A stretch of DNA of 64,000 nucleotides, from the NCBI GenBank assembly GCA_002269645.1, contig NIVC01000643.1, positions 1-64,000 on the forward strand. Direction: 5' to 3'. The position numbers and the translations under genes are program-made. Shown here piece after piece: positions 10,294-23,546 of this stretch. The DNA comes from Macrostomum lignano. Its lineage: Eukaryota. How positions within the stretch are numbered: position 1 is the stretch's first letter; the number at the start of each line of letters is the position of its first letter. The notes under the pieces are model-generated. The model was not told the DNA's origin, did no database searches, and was given only the letters and a program-made list of their open reading frames with translations.

Positions 10294-12816
10294 TTGACTT
10301 ACTTGACTTAGCTGCAGGGCTATCCCGGAGGGGACACAGCGGGAAGGCGCGGGCGCCCATTCCGCTAGTCCCTGAACGGCCGACGCGTCGCTATGGACGG
10401 AGGGTTGGCGCCGCCCAGGGAGGTCCCCCAGTGTCGCCAGCAGCTATAGTGCTCTCTGGAAAGGAGAGTTCAGCCCTGCGGGTGGCCCGAAGGTAGCGCA
10501 TGAGCTGATTAAAGTTTTCGGGTTTGCACGCTTCAGTAATAGATGTGTGTGGCCCGAGGTAAGTGAGTCTGGCCCGCGTGAAGGCGGGACAGATGCTGAC
10601 GAAATGCTCAGCGGTTTCGTCACCTGAGTTGCAGAAACTACAGGTGGCGTTGGTGGCGTTGCCCTGCAGGTACTGGTGCCTGGAGAAGCAGCCGTGACCA
10701 GAGAGGGTCATGGTGGCAGCCCGGATGTCTCTGCGCGAGAGGCGCAAGAGGAGCTTCCGGAGCTGGTGAGAGGGCTGAGGGACAGCGCCTCTGGATTGCC
10801 TGCAGTTCGTGCGGTTCACCCAAGTCGAGCGGTGCTGAGTCCTGATCCACGCTTTGATGCGCGAGTCGATGACACAGCCAGGAATCGGGACAAGGGGTTC
10901 GGGGCCGAGAGAGGAGCCGGAGGCACCAACTTTTGCAAGGGTGTCAGCCAACTCATTTCCTCGGATCCCCACATGCCCCGGAACCCACTTAAAGGTAATT
11001 TTGTTGGCGGAACCCAACACGTTGAGGAGTTTGATACAGTCGAGGACTGTAGCAGAGTTGGTGCTGCAGCCACTGATGGCGTGCAAGGCAGCTTGGCTGT
11101 CCGAATGGAAAATGATGTTCTTACCAGTAACGCCAGTGGCGAGAAGCTCTGCAGTGCAGGAGCTGATGGCCAGAACTTCATTTTGGAAAACACTGGAGTT
11201 GACCCCAGTGTATTGAGCGTGGGTAGCGATGACCCTCCCGTTCAGAAAGATTCCAACACCAAAGCCGGTGTTGGCTGACTGCTTAGAACCGTCGGTGTAG
11301 CAATGAAGCTCACCAGGGTTCCATTGGTCATTGATGTTATCGCGCGAGTCGATAGCTACGGAGTAGCGCTGTCTCAGGTTGAGCGTTGAGGCAATGCCAT
11401 CGGTGAAGACGCGATTGGCCTGACACTCGTTGAGAAAGTTGAGGCACAGATCGCTATGCGGGACAAGGTTCCGCTTAGCAGGTGCTCTCATGTAAATGAA
11501 TTTGACGCCGGCATCAATTAGACGCCGCGTCGTTCTAGCCGCCTCACCCCTGATGAAGAGGTCAAGAGGCGGAAGATTAAGGAAGGCCCCCATGCCAGCA
11601 AAGGGCGTGGACCTGGTGGCGTTGCAGATGAGCCTACACGCTCTGCCTTGGATCGTGTTGAGCAGGTCTGCATGGCTTTTGACCTGGGTAGCGCTAACCC
11701 AGACAACAGAGGCGTACGTAATGGCAGGTCTAACTACGGAAGTGTAGATCCACCAAAGCCGCTTTGGGGATAGACCCCAAGAAGTGCCAAGTGCTCGTCG
11801 GAGCTGGGCCAGGATGGCTGAGGCACGCTTGGCTTTTGCTTTCACGTGGGAGGACCAGTTGAGCCGGTGGTCAAGTATGACCCCGAGACATCTGGTCTGG
11901 TGCGCGAAGGCAATATCTCTGCCGTAGAGCTGCAGAGGACGTATGTTCCAGCGTAGTCTGCTGGTAAACATAATGGCAACGGTTTTGGGCTCAGAGAGTT
12001 CCAGACCATTGTCATTGGCCCAGGATTCTGCTTTGCGGATAAAGCTCTGCATCAGATCCCTGAGCGTGCTGGGAGACGGTCCTGCCACAATGGCCGTGAC
12101 GTCATCAGCATACCCGACTTTGAAGACGGGGTCGGGTCGGGAGTCACTCAAAAGAGCGTCCATGACCAGGTTCCAGAGCGTCGGGGTGAGGACTCCGCCT
12201 TGGGGTCCACCCTTACAGACTCTGGTGGAGGCAATTTGCCCAAGAAGTTGGGCAGTGACCGTACGGTTGGAGATCATGTACATGATCCACCGTATGAGGG
12301 TAGCATGAGCTTTGCGATTTTGAAGGGCCCTCTGAAACGCTTCAAAGATAACGTTGTCGAAGGCGCCAACAATGTCAAGAAAGAGAGCCAGAGCGTAACC
12401 GTCACCCAGTACCGCCCTTTCAATCTTCTCGACAATCGCATGCAGGGCGCTGTCAGTCGACCTCCCGGTACGGAAGGCGTGCTGATTATTGCTGAGGGGC
12501 ATCGCTGTCAGCTCGCAGGACAGCAGCCGCCAGAGAATAAGCCTCTCAGTGAGCTTAAGCATTGCTAACGTTAAGCTAATAGGCCGGAAGGCCTTGACGC
12601 TTTGGTAGTCACCCTTCCCAGGTTTGGGAATAAAGACTACCCGAGCTTCAGTCCAGCATTTGGGAACGTATCCCAGCTGGATAGAGGCCCGCATAAGATT
12701 GCGGGTGAGTCTCAGGAACGAGGGTATCTTGGCTGCTTCACGAAGGAGAACAGGGTAGATACCATCAGGTCCAGGAGATTTGAAGGGTTTGAAGGTTCTG
12801 ACCGCACGAGCGACCG
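10294..12816 (-). mobile_element. 5'-truncated non-LTR retrotransposon (RT + RNase H + CCHC), LOA/Lian-like
   Basis: 10-bp TSD CAGGTTGCAC at 10284-10293 and 12817-12826; short AAGTC-type repeat tail; no endonuclease or ORF1 retained. Clade is inferred from motifs. Confidence 0.92.
10391..12816 (-). CDS. Truncated ORF2: reverse transcriptase, RNase H, zinc knuckle
   Basis: [59 protein letters not shown]. Confidence 0.93.
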
Positions 12817-13333
12817 CAGGTTGCACAGCGGCCCTGACTTTCTAACCGTCAGGCATGTACACTCTCCATGTGTACCTGAAGAAGACATGGAACCATGAAG
12901 AAGAAGAAGAAGCAGAAGCCGGTAAAATGTTCTCGATTGATGCCGGTAAAAATTACCGAAAACTTCGAGTGCTGCACTCACTGCAGAATAATTATCGTAC
13001 ATCATCAGCCTGACGAAGCCATAAGGCCATAAGGATCAGTAAGGCCTGTGTGTCCACTATGCAATTGGGCGTCCACAATTGACCATCGAATCCCATTGTT
13101 GCATGCGCCTGCCTCTTCGTGACGTTTCGTTAAACAATGGCTTTATCATTAATTCCGATAAGCAACAGCATTTTAAATGAGTCCACAGGCTTTATGGCTG
13201 CAGAAGTTTTGTTTCTCATTTACGAGCGTATCCCGAGGAATTTTCGGAGCGGCTTCAGTCTGTCTTATTAATCACCGCTGCTCTTCTCTCTTTGAGTCAC
13301 AAACTGAGGCTGCAATAAAATTAAAAGTCATTT

Positions 13334-13372
13334 ATTCACGCAAGCAGATGCTGGGCCTGATGGCTTCGACGC
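13334..13372 (+). promoter_or_regulatory. Conserved upstream element of WSC-PAN paralog 1
   Basis: 32/39 identical to the reverse complement of 25317-25355, at a similar distance from the paralog ATG. Confidence 0.5.
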
Positions 13373-13651
13373 CTCCTGCGAAACAATGATTCCGATTTGA
13401 CAGAGACAGAACAAATCGAGACTCCCAATGATCGCACATCTCACTGAGTCTGAATACTCACAGAGAGTTAATACCGATTTCAATCAGACTCATGCCGCAT
13501 CGACAGAGTTCCCTTTACCGATAGGCAAGAGGCTGCCTGCTGAGAGTCGCCATGGCAACGCATCAATAAGGCTGCTGTTATTTAGCCTCTCTCTCGCGCA
13601 GAGATTCGGCAATCTTCTGCTTAATGCCGCACTGACAAACCCAGCCTGGCC

Positions 13652-15077
<1,426 letters not shown>

Positions 15078-16321
15078 GTGCGAATGAATCAGACAGTGAT
15101 GCAGCTGAGCAGAGCTGAGAAACTGTAAGAACCGCAATTTAGAGGCAGATCAAGACAAACAGTTTCAATTAGCGAGCATACCTAAGCCTACTCAAAGACT
15201 GTAAGCACAAACCAGCTGTAGATGGGTGCCTCGTAGATCAACTGGCCGAAATTGAACGCGAACCTGTTTTTGCTTCTGGTCCGAAATTCAAAAACTTTTT
15301 TTCTTTTTACCACAATGTTTCAATGTACTTTCCTTTATAGTCTGCGAATGCACTTCTGTGTGTAAGACGTTCGATTTCCTCTTTTGTTAATTGCCGTTGA
15401 TTCGAAAGGAGTCCTTGTTTTGTGTGCAATCAGATATTTTTTTCTTATAATTCATAACCAGAGAAAAGATTGTCCTGTTACAATTATTTATTGCCTTTTT
15501 TGCCTCTCAAACAGCTCAATCTTTTTAAGACTCAAATTTCATGCTATACTCGGATATAAGCGGCGAACTCTGCACACCATCAGTTGTTTGCTAAGGGCAC
15601 AGATTTTTTTCTTTTTTGAAGCCCGATACTAACGAGCACTCACCTTTCAATGCACTTTTTCATTCAATTTGATTCTTTGGTTCGTACCAGTGAATTTATT
15701 TAGCCAAGACAGACTTGAGCACTTAGTATTTTTCTCTGATACACGCGCTCTTACCTTGTAATTCAATGTTTTGAAGACTTTTCATATCAATATAATTGCA
15801 ATCACTAAACTTATTTGACTCAGTCTGCAAGTTATTACTATTAGAAGCAAAATTCTGTAAAACGATTGGGACAGCGAGGACAAAGAGGCTGAGACTGGGG
15901 TGCCACATTCGGCATGGCGATGAAGGTAACAAAAATACTCGACAGTAAGTCACGGAATTGAGTAGCCGCTCGCTTATAGTGACAGCCGAAAATTTGGTCG
16001 TCTTTTTAAACAAAACAAAACAAATTATACTTTCTTGAATGAATGAATCGATTACATTTCCAATCTCATTGATATTGTTAGCAAATTCTTCAAAAGTCAC
16101 GTTTATATCTGCAGTGAACACTTTTTTTATTGATCTTTTAGATCGATCAGAAAGCACTTGCAATGTCCTATGGGGATCAGAAAGTACTTGTACTATTTGG
16201 GTGGATAACACGACACGGATGTCCGAAATCATCCTGCTCTCGTTTTTCATCAATCTTTGATGGTTTACCGTACAGAAGACGCGAATGTTTCGATGCGATA
16301 CTGAAAGCTGAGAATCGTTCG

Positions 16322-16511
16322 CTGGAGTAGCCGTTCGCTAGAGTAGCCGTTCGCTAGAGTAGCCGTTCGCTAGAGTAGCCGTTCGCTAGAGTAGCCGTTC
16401 GCTAGAGTAGCCGTTCGCTAGAGTAGCCGTTCGCTAGAGTAGCCGTTCGCTAGAGTAGCCGCTCGCTAGAGTAGCCGTTCGCTAGAGTAGCCGTTCGCTA
16501 GAGTAGCCGCT
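16322..16511. repeat. 16-bp satellite GAGTAGCCG(T/C)TCGCTA, left part
   Basis: Same unit resumes at 20631. Confidence 0.95.
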
Positions 16512-16566
16512 TCTTCTTCTTCTTCTTCTTCGGGCGTGCTCGGGCCAGGGCCCATGGCACCGGGCG

Positions 16567-19500
16567 TCAGATGGCGCCCGCCTTCCCGAGGAAGTTCAGC
16601 ACCGCGACGCAGTTCTCGAAAACTGCCGCGGGCTCCGGGCTTGGCCCCAGAGGCGGCAGCGGTGTGATGTCAGGGCGGGGCAGGAGATCAGCAGATGGGC
16701 CGCCGTCTCCTCTCCATCGCCACAGAAGCGGCAGGTGGGGGCCACGTCAACGCCGATGGCGGCCTGGAAGCCCCGCAGGGCCGGGCAGCGGTCGGCGCGC
16801 AGCTGGCAGATCAGCCGCTCCTGCCGCCGCGTGAGGTCGCTTGTCGGCTGAGGCGGCAGGCGGCCCGCCGTGCAGGCAAGGTGCCAGGCAAGCGAGCTCG
16901 TGCTCGCCGCCTCGGTGGCCGCCGCGTTGTAGATTTGGTGCCAGCGGGCGAGGCAGTAGCGGCGGACGGCAGCCTGCGCGGCAGCTAGCGGTACGGGCGC
17001 GGTGCCTTGCGCCAGCGTGGTGCCTTGCTTGGCGATCTCGTCCACGGCCTCGTTGCCTGGGATTCCCGCGTGGCCAGGCACCCACTGCAGGTGGACCGAG
17101 GTTCCCCGGGCCGCGAGGTCGGCGAGGCTGCCCCAGACGGCGTCGATCATGGTGGCGCCCGTCGACCCGGGGCCGGACGCGAGCGCGCTAAGCGCGCTCA
17201 GGGAGTCGGAGCAGATGCGGACCGGCGACAGCTCTGCCGGGTCCGGGGCCGCGAGCACCCACCGAAGGGCCTCAGCGATGGCCACTAACTCGGCGTGGAA
17301 GCTGGACGTCACATGGCCAGCAGCGACGCACAGCGTCGTGTTGGGCTCGACCAGGACGCCACTGCCGCCGTCCAGGATGCCGTCCTTCGCCGCTCCGTCG
17401 GTCCAGATCACGGTGCTGGCGGGCGGCAGGGCGGCAAGTGTCTGCTGCGCCGCGGCTCTCCGGGCCTCCGGCAGGTCCCCCGCGAGGTTGGGGAGGCCAA
17501 CTGCAGCCCGAGGGTGACAGAGTCCAGAACAGCCCAGGGAGGTGTCGTCGGGATAGCGTGGACGGGCTCTCGCGGGAAGCCGCTCAGGCCCGCAGCGCTG
17601 CATACACTGGCCGCCGTCTCGCGCCAGCCGCGGGCGCTTTGGAGGCGGCGGCGCGGGCCGACGCTGGCCGCGCAGGCGCGCAGCGGGTTGTCATGCGGCA
17701 GCCGGAGGGCGCGCTCGTGGAGGAGGCCAGCGTGCATCTCCGCGCGGACTGCCATCGGCGGCAATCCAGCCTCGCGCTCCAGCACCTCCGACCTGGTGTT
17801 CCGTGGGCACCCGGTGATGATGCGCGCGCCCAGGCGCTGGGCCCGGTCCAGGTGGTCGATAGCTGTCCTGCAGGCCGTCGGCATCCAGGCGCCGGCAGCG
17901 TACTCAAGCACCGGCCGCACATAGGCCGTGTAGAGCTGGCGCACGTCGCTCTGCTTGGCGCCCCAGTTGCTGCCAGACAGCGCCGCCAGAACGCCGCAGC
18001 GGGCGCGGGCGCGGCCGGCGACGTTGGCGGCGTGCGCCGTGAAGCTGAGCAGCCGGTCCAGGATGACGCCGAGGAAGCGCGGCTGGCGGTCCGTCGAGAG
18101 CGGGGCGTCGTTCAGCCGCAGACGCAGCTCACGGCTGGCCTCTCCGGCGGTGGTGGTGAACAGGGAAGCGGCGCACTTGTTCGGCGCCAGCTCCATCCGC
18201 CACTCGTTCGCCCAGTCGGAGACCGCGTCGATCGCAGCCTGCGCCTTCGTCTCGGCCTCTTCCACGGTCAGGCCTTGCACTGCGATGGCCAGGTCGTCGG
18301 CGTAGAGGAACGGCGTGCAGTCGGACGGCAGGTGGTCAGGCAGGTCGTTGATGTACAGCGCAAAGAGCAGAGGGGCAAGGACACTCCCCTGTGGCAGGCC
18401 CTCGCGGAAGAGCCGCCAGCTGCTCAGCGCGCCGTCCACCCTGACGGCAGCGCGGCGATCGGCCAGGAAGCTGCTGACCCAGCGGACCCCGGCCGCTGGG
18501 ATGCCGGCGTTGTGCAGCTTGTGCAGCAGGCCCTGCTTCCAGACGGTGTCGTACGCCCGCCGGAAGTCGAACAGGACGACGACCGTCCGCCTGGCGGGGG
18601 CCGCCTGGTGGCCGTCGCTGATGAGCTGGGTGAGCCGGGCAATCTGGTCCTCGGTGCTGCGCCGCTTGCGGAAGCCGGCTTGGGCGGGGTGCAGCAGGTG
18701 CCGGGACTCGGCCCACCAGTAGAGCCGCGCTTGAACCAGACGCTCGGCCAGCTTGGCCAGAGTGGAGGTAAGGGCAATCGGCCGGTATGAGCCGATCTCG
18801 TCGGCCGGCTTGCCCTTCTTGAGGATCGGCACGATGTGGGCACGGCGCCACGCCGCGGGGACCTCCCCCTGGGTCCAGGACGCGTTGATCAGCTGCAGGA
18901 CCGCCCGGCGGCCAGCGGCGCCGAGGTGCTGCAGATGTTCAGCGCAGATCTCATCGGGTCCTGGGGCCTTCCTGGCCGGGAGGGAGTGGAGAGCCCTGTC
19001 CAGCTCGCGGTGCGAGAACGGCTTTCCAAAGTCTCTGCTCCCATGGCTGTCGGCGCCGGCTCGCGAAGCGCTGCTGCGGAAGTTCTCGCGGCGGAGGTCT
19101 CGCGTCCTGCGGTCTTGCGGGAGGCGGCTGACGGAGGCATACTCACGGGCGTAGGCCTCGGCGATGTCCTTCGACTGGACGAGCGTCTTTTGGCCCACCC
19201 GGAGCGCTGCGTCCCGCTGCAGGTTGCTGTTTCTGCCGTCGAGGGAGCGGACAATTCTCCAGATCTTGGAGTGGTCGCTGTCAGCTGCCACCTCGCCGGC
19301 GAAGGTCCTCCAGCTCTCGCGTTTGGCGTCGGCGATCGTCTTCTTGGCGTCGGCACAGGCTCGATTCCAGGCAGGCCGCACGCTCGGGTCGGCGGCGGCG
19401 GCGGCCCACGCGGCGCGGCGAGCCTTTACGGCGTCGTCGACCTCTGGCGTCCACCAGGCCTTGGCGGAGGGCCGCGCCCCGCGAGGGACAGACGCCTTGT

Positions 19501-20479
19501 CGGCTTCCTGGATGGCCGTGGTCAGCTGCTGGTTGGCCTCGCTGACCGACTCGGGCGGGCAGGCCTCCCAGCCAGCCAGGGCTTCCTCGGTCCGGGCGCG
19601 GAAACTGGCCCAGTCCGCCTTCGCCCAGGACCGCCGGGCGGCGCCCCGCGCTTGGCCGCGCCTCGGCTGTGGATGGTGATGCAGATCGGCAGGTGGTCCG
19701 AGCCGACGTCTCCCCGGACCTGCCACTCGGCCCGGTTGGCGAGCGACTTGTGGCACAGGCTGACGTCAGGCGCCGTCTGCCGGGTGTTGGCGCGGCGCGG
19801 CATGTGGGTGGCGCTGCCGTCGTTCAGGACGCGCATGCCGGACACCACGGACCACTCGAAGACCGCCGTGCCCAGGTCCGACTCTTCCGATTCGGGGTCC
19901 CAGGCTGGATGGTGCGCGTTCAGGTCGCCCAGGATCACCGTGTTGACGCCGGACGGGAGGTGCCGGGGGCTGAAGCGCTGCACGCGGTCGTCGCCTTCAG
20001 CCGTTCTGATCGGCGGGATGTAGAGGCAGTGGATGTCCAGGCTCTCGACGCTCTTTTCAGAGGGGAAAACCCGGACGCCGGCCCACTCCGTGGTGACGTC
20101 ATCGGGGGCGCAGGGGCACTCCTGCAGCACCTCGAAGCGCAGCCCCTCGCGGATGACGATTGCAGCGCCTCCTCCGCGCGTGGGGCCGCCGGAGCGCCGG
20201 CCGCTCTGACGGTGGCGCCAGATCGCGTTGAACCCCGGCAGGCGCGGATCCCGACCCTCGGTGGTGTGGGTCTCTTGCAGGCACGCCACGTCGATGCGCA
20301 GATCCAGCAGCAGCTTGCACAATTCGGGCATCTTGGAGGCGACGCCCTCTGCGTTGAGTTGCAGGAGGTGCAGGCTACTGGGGGCCGCGCGCGCACGGGC
20401 CGCTGGGTCGGGGGCGCCTCGCGCCGCCGGGGGCCCGCCGTTGAGGCTCGGCGGGCTGGTTCAGGCGTCGGCTAGTCAT
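16567..20479 (-). CDS. Polyprotein: AP endonuclease, RT, RNase H, zinc knuckle (4 frame breaks as assembled)
   Basis: LQLNAEG, VACLQET, GDLNAH, GSDHLPI; YRPIALTS, QAGFR, PQGSVLAP, YADD; WTDG, WVPGH, CRFC..HLLISC. Breaks near 20400, 19645, 17480 and 16655. Confidence 0.88.
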
Positions 20480-20562
20480 TTAATCGGCAGGTGGCCGCCA
20501 GATGCCAATTGGGCGGCGAAGAGACTGCGTCGCGGTGTGGGCCTCGGGAAAGGCCCGTTGCT

Positions 20563-20630
20563 GACCTGCATTTCGTGGGCCTTTCGGTCCTCCAGAGGGC
20601 ACCTCGGGGAGGCGCAGGTCGTTGCTCTCC
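20563..20630 (-). ncRNA. HDV-like self-cleaving ribozyme at the LINE 5' end
   Basis: P1 GGAGAGC/GCCCUCU; P2 GACCUGC/GCAGGUC; P3 GCC/GGU; L3 UCCCCGA; GG for P1.1; P4 capped by GAAA; J4/2 with CGAA. G1 is the first base after the target duplication. Confidence 0.82.
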
Positions 20631-21135
20631 AGAGTAGCCGCTCGCTAGAGTAGCCGTTCGCTAGAGTAGCCGCTCGCTAGAGTAGCCGTTCGCTAGAGTA
20701 GCCGTTCGCTAGAGTAGCCGCTCGCTAGAGTAGCCGCTCGCTAGAGTAGCCGTTCGCTAGAGTAGCCGTTCGCTAGAGTAGCCGCTCGCTAGAGTAGCCG
20801 TTCGCTAGAGTAGCCGTTCGCTAGAGTAGCCGTTCGCTAGAGTAGCCGCTCGCTATAGAGTAGCCGCTCGCTAGAGTAGCCGTTCGCTAGAGTAGCCGCT
20901 CGCTAGAGTAGCCGTTCGCTAGAGTAGCCGCTCGCTAGAGTAGCCGTTCGCTAGAGTAGCCGCTCGCTAGAGTAGCCGTTCGCTTGGGTAGCCGCTCGCT
21001 AGAGTAGCCGTTCGCTTGGGTAGCCGCTCGCTTGGGTAGCCGTTCGCTAGAGTAGCCGCTCGCTAGAGTAGCCGTTCGCTAGAGTAGCCGCTCGCTAGAG
21101 TAGCCGTTCGCTTGGGTAGCCGCTCGCTAGAGTGA
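20631..21135. repeat. 16-bp satellite, right part
   Basis: Direct reading. Confidence 0.95.
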
Positions 21136-21269
21136 GTAGTCGTTCGCTAGGAGACTTCCAGCAGGCAGCCGCTTGCCAATCGTTAACCAGAGCTCTGTCA
21201 GAGCTACATGGGCTTGATAGAAATCCATCAGCTCCATGCATCACCTCACTGTGCGGTTGGCCAGAATCA

Positions 21270-21815
21270 GTGAGCAGACTGTGAGTCTGTGAGCTGTGCG
21301 GCCCTTGTGAGCCTCGATTGTTCCCCACTGTTCCGTAGAGGCTGCAGCAGCTGCTCACAGTTTTTCGGGTCAGCAGGTCCATCACCGAGGTCATCAGGTC
21401 TACCGTCTGTCTACGCCAGTAAATGAATTTCGGTTCTACCACAGCATTCAGTTTGAGTGACAACGGGAATGGCCGCTGGCAACATGTGAAAATTCTTCGG
21501 CATTGATGAGAAACATAAAAATTCTCCAGCCAAAAAAGCCTGGCGACTCATTTAGTGAAATGCAAGCGAAATCCCGCCACTGCTAAATGCTGTTCGTGTA
21601 ACAATGGGAGTCGAGGGTCGTTCGTGCGTGCCGATTCATCGTCAGACTGTCTATCTTTTCGTCTGCGCAGGTACGATTTCATCAGCTTTTCAGACCGAAA
21701 AATAATTTTGATTTTGATAATTTTGATCAAGAGCTCAGGAGAGCTGACAGCATCAATAGCCGGCAATGAATGCAACTGATGGATTTTATCCAGGCCGATT
21801 CAGCTGTGACCGCCC
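21270..21815 (-). other. Possible exons of an unidentified gene
   Basis: Open GC-richer segments with acceptor-like AG (TDGRPDDLG..QSAH*; RRRKDRQSDDES..); no recognisable domain. Confidence 0.25.
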
Positions 21816-21834
21816 GCTGCCAATCTGCCTGCGA

Positions 21835-22290
21835 GTGAGTCTCAGCTCGAGCTGGCTCACACAGGCAGCGAGTGAGTCTCAGCTCACACAGGCAGCGAGT
21901 GAGTCTCAGCTCACACAGGCAGCGAGTGAGTCTCAGCTCACACAGGCAGCGAGTGAGTCTCAGCTCACACAGGCAGCGAGTGAGTCTCAGCTCACACAGG
22001 CAGCGAGTGAGTCTCAGCTCACACAGGCAGCGAGTGAGTCTCAGCTCACACAGGCAGCGAGTGAGTCTCAGCTCACACAGGCAGCGAGTGAGTCTCAGCT
22101 CACACAGGCAGCGAGTGAGTCTCAGCTCACACAGGCAGCGAGTGAGTCTCAGCTCACACAGGCAGCGAGTGAGTCTCAGCTCACACAGGCAGCGAGTGAG
22201 TCTCAGCTCACACAGGCAGCGAGTGAGTCTCAGCTCACACAGGCAGCGAGTGAGTCTCAGCTCACACAGGCAGCGAGTGAGTCGCAGCTC
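21835..22290. repeat. 27-bp minisatellite GAGTGAGTCTCAGCTCACACAGGCAGC
   Basis: Direct reading. Confidence 0.95.
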
Positions 22291-22504
22291 GGGCTGGCTC
22301 ACGCAGCAGCGAGTGAGTCGCAACTCGAGCTGGCTGACACAGGCAGCGAAGCGAAGCAGCTCTGCTAGACTGAATCAATCAGCTTCTCCCTGCCATATTC
22401 TGCCTCACCCGAGCTTCAGCCTGCAGTCTCGGGGGCTCGATTTGTAAAAATATTCCAATTGTGTTGCTTTTATTCAATTTCTCTTTGAGATTCGACTACT
22501 GCCT

Positions 22505-22616
22505 GTTCAGGACTGGCACCGCTCCTGAGTGTCCTTCAGGACTTGCACCGCTCCTGAGTGTCCTTCAGGACTTGCACCGCTCCTGAGTGTCCTTCAGGAC
22601 TTGCACCGCTCCTGAA
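22505..22616. repeat. 29-bp tandem repeat, about 4 copies
   Basis: CAGGACTTGCACCGCTCCTGAGTGTCCTT. Confidence 0.9.
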
Positions 22617-22919
22617 TAGTCCCAGTTTTGACTTGACTCAGACAGGCTCATCTCCCTCGGCGCACACCCGGATTTCTCCAACGTTATCAGACCCGAGAAC
22701 TGAGGGCACTACCATCGTACGCTCGTAGCACCCAGTTTGGATGCGCCCAATTCATTTCATCCAGTGAGCGCCTGTGTCTGCAGCATGACTGCACAAACAG
22801 CTTCCCCAAGCAACATCAAAATCGATCGATCGAGAAGACAAGCAGATCAGCGCACTGCGGCTGTAATGGATTTATTTAGAGTCCCTTTTGACGTCATCTA
22901 GAGGCTTGGGTCTTGCTTG

Positions 22920-23546
22920 CGCTTCCGGACATTTGCCCTCCGGCACTTCCCCTCCGGCACTTGCCCTCCGGCACTTCCCCTCGGCGGCGTTTGCCCTCCG
23001 GACATTTGCCCTCCGGGACATTTCCCCTCCGGACATTTGCCCTCCGGACATTTCCCCTCGGGGACATTTGCCCTCGGGGACATTTGCCCTCCGGACATTT
23101 GCCCTCCGGACATTTCCCCTCCGCACATTTGCCCTCTGCAAATTTACCCCCTCGCACATTACTCACCTCACCTCCTCCTGTACCCACCCGTCGTTCCTCC
23201 AGCACCAACCTCATCCTCCCGCCTCTTGCATCCATCAGGTTCTTCTCCAGCCAACAACTCATCCAAATAAAACAATAATACCGTTAAGAAAAACTTAAAA
23301 GTGTCTCAAAAGCTTAAGACTTTAGACTTTTCTCTCGTAATTCTTGTACATTTGTGTACATGTACTTACTTGTTTGGACACACACTGAAGGGAAATTTTT
23401 TTGTTTCATGATTGTGGAGAAATTTCATTTCCAGAGGGGAAATGTCCGGAGGGCAAATGTCCCCGAGGGCAAATGTCCCCGAGGGCAAATGTCCTCGAGG
23501 GCAAATGTCCGGAGGGCAAATGCCGGAGGGCAAATGTCCGGTAGCC
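22920..23546. mobile_element. Non-autonomous foldback element with inverted subterminal repeat arrays
   Basis: GCT(T/A)CCGGACATTTGCCCTCCGGCA at both ends in inverted orientation; TGCTTG at 22914-22919 and 23547-23552. Confidence 0.8.

Larger units (their letters stand above)
16512..20630 (-). mobile_element. Apparently full-length ORF1-less LINE (APE-RT-RNaseH-CCHC), Ingi-like, inserted in a 16-bp satellite
   Basis: (GAA)n tail 16511-16530. AGAGTAGCCGCT flanks both ends (16500-16511, 20631-20642). Ribozyme-like 5' end. Clade inferred from domain order and lack of ORF1. Confidence 0.9.

Noticed and set aside
15723-16253. 176-aa minus-strand ORF
   Set aside because: AT-rich with no recognisable domain or convincing exon chain.
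20331-20520. 2A ribosome-skipping peptide expected in some Ingi elements
   Set aside because: No DxExNPGP was found in any frame.
16571-20653. Many overlapping plus-strand and alternative-frame ORFs in the LINE
   Set aside because: They are shadows of very GC-rich coding sequence with no motifs.
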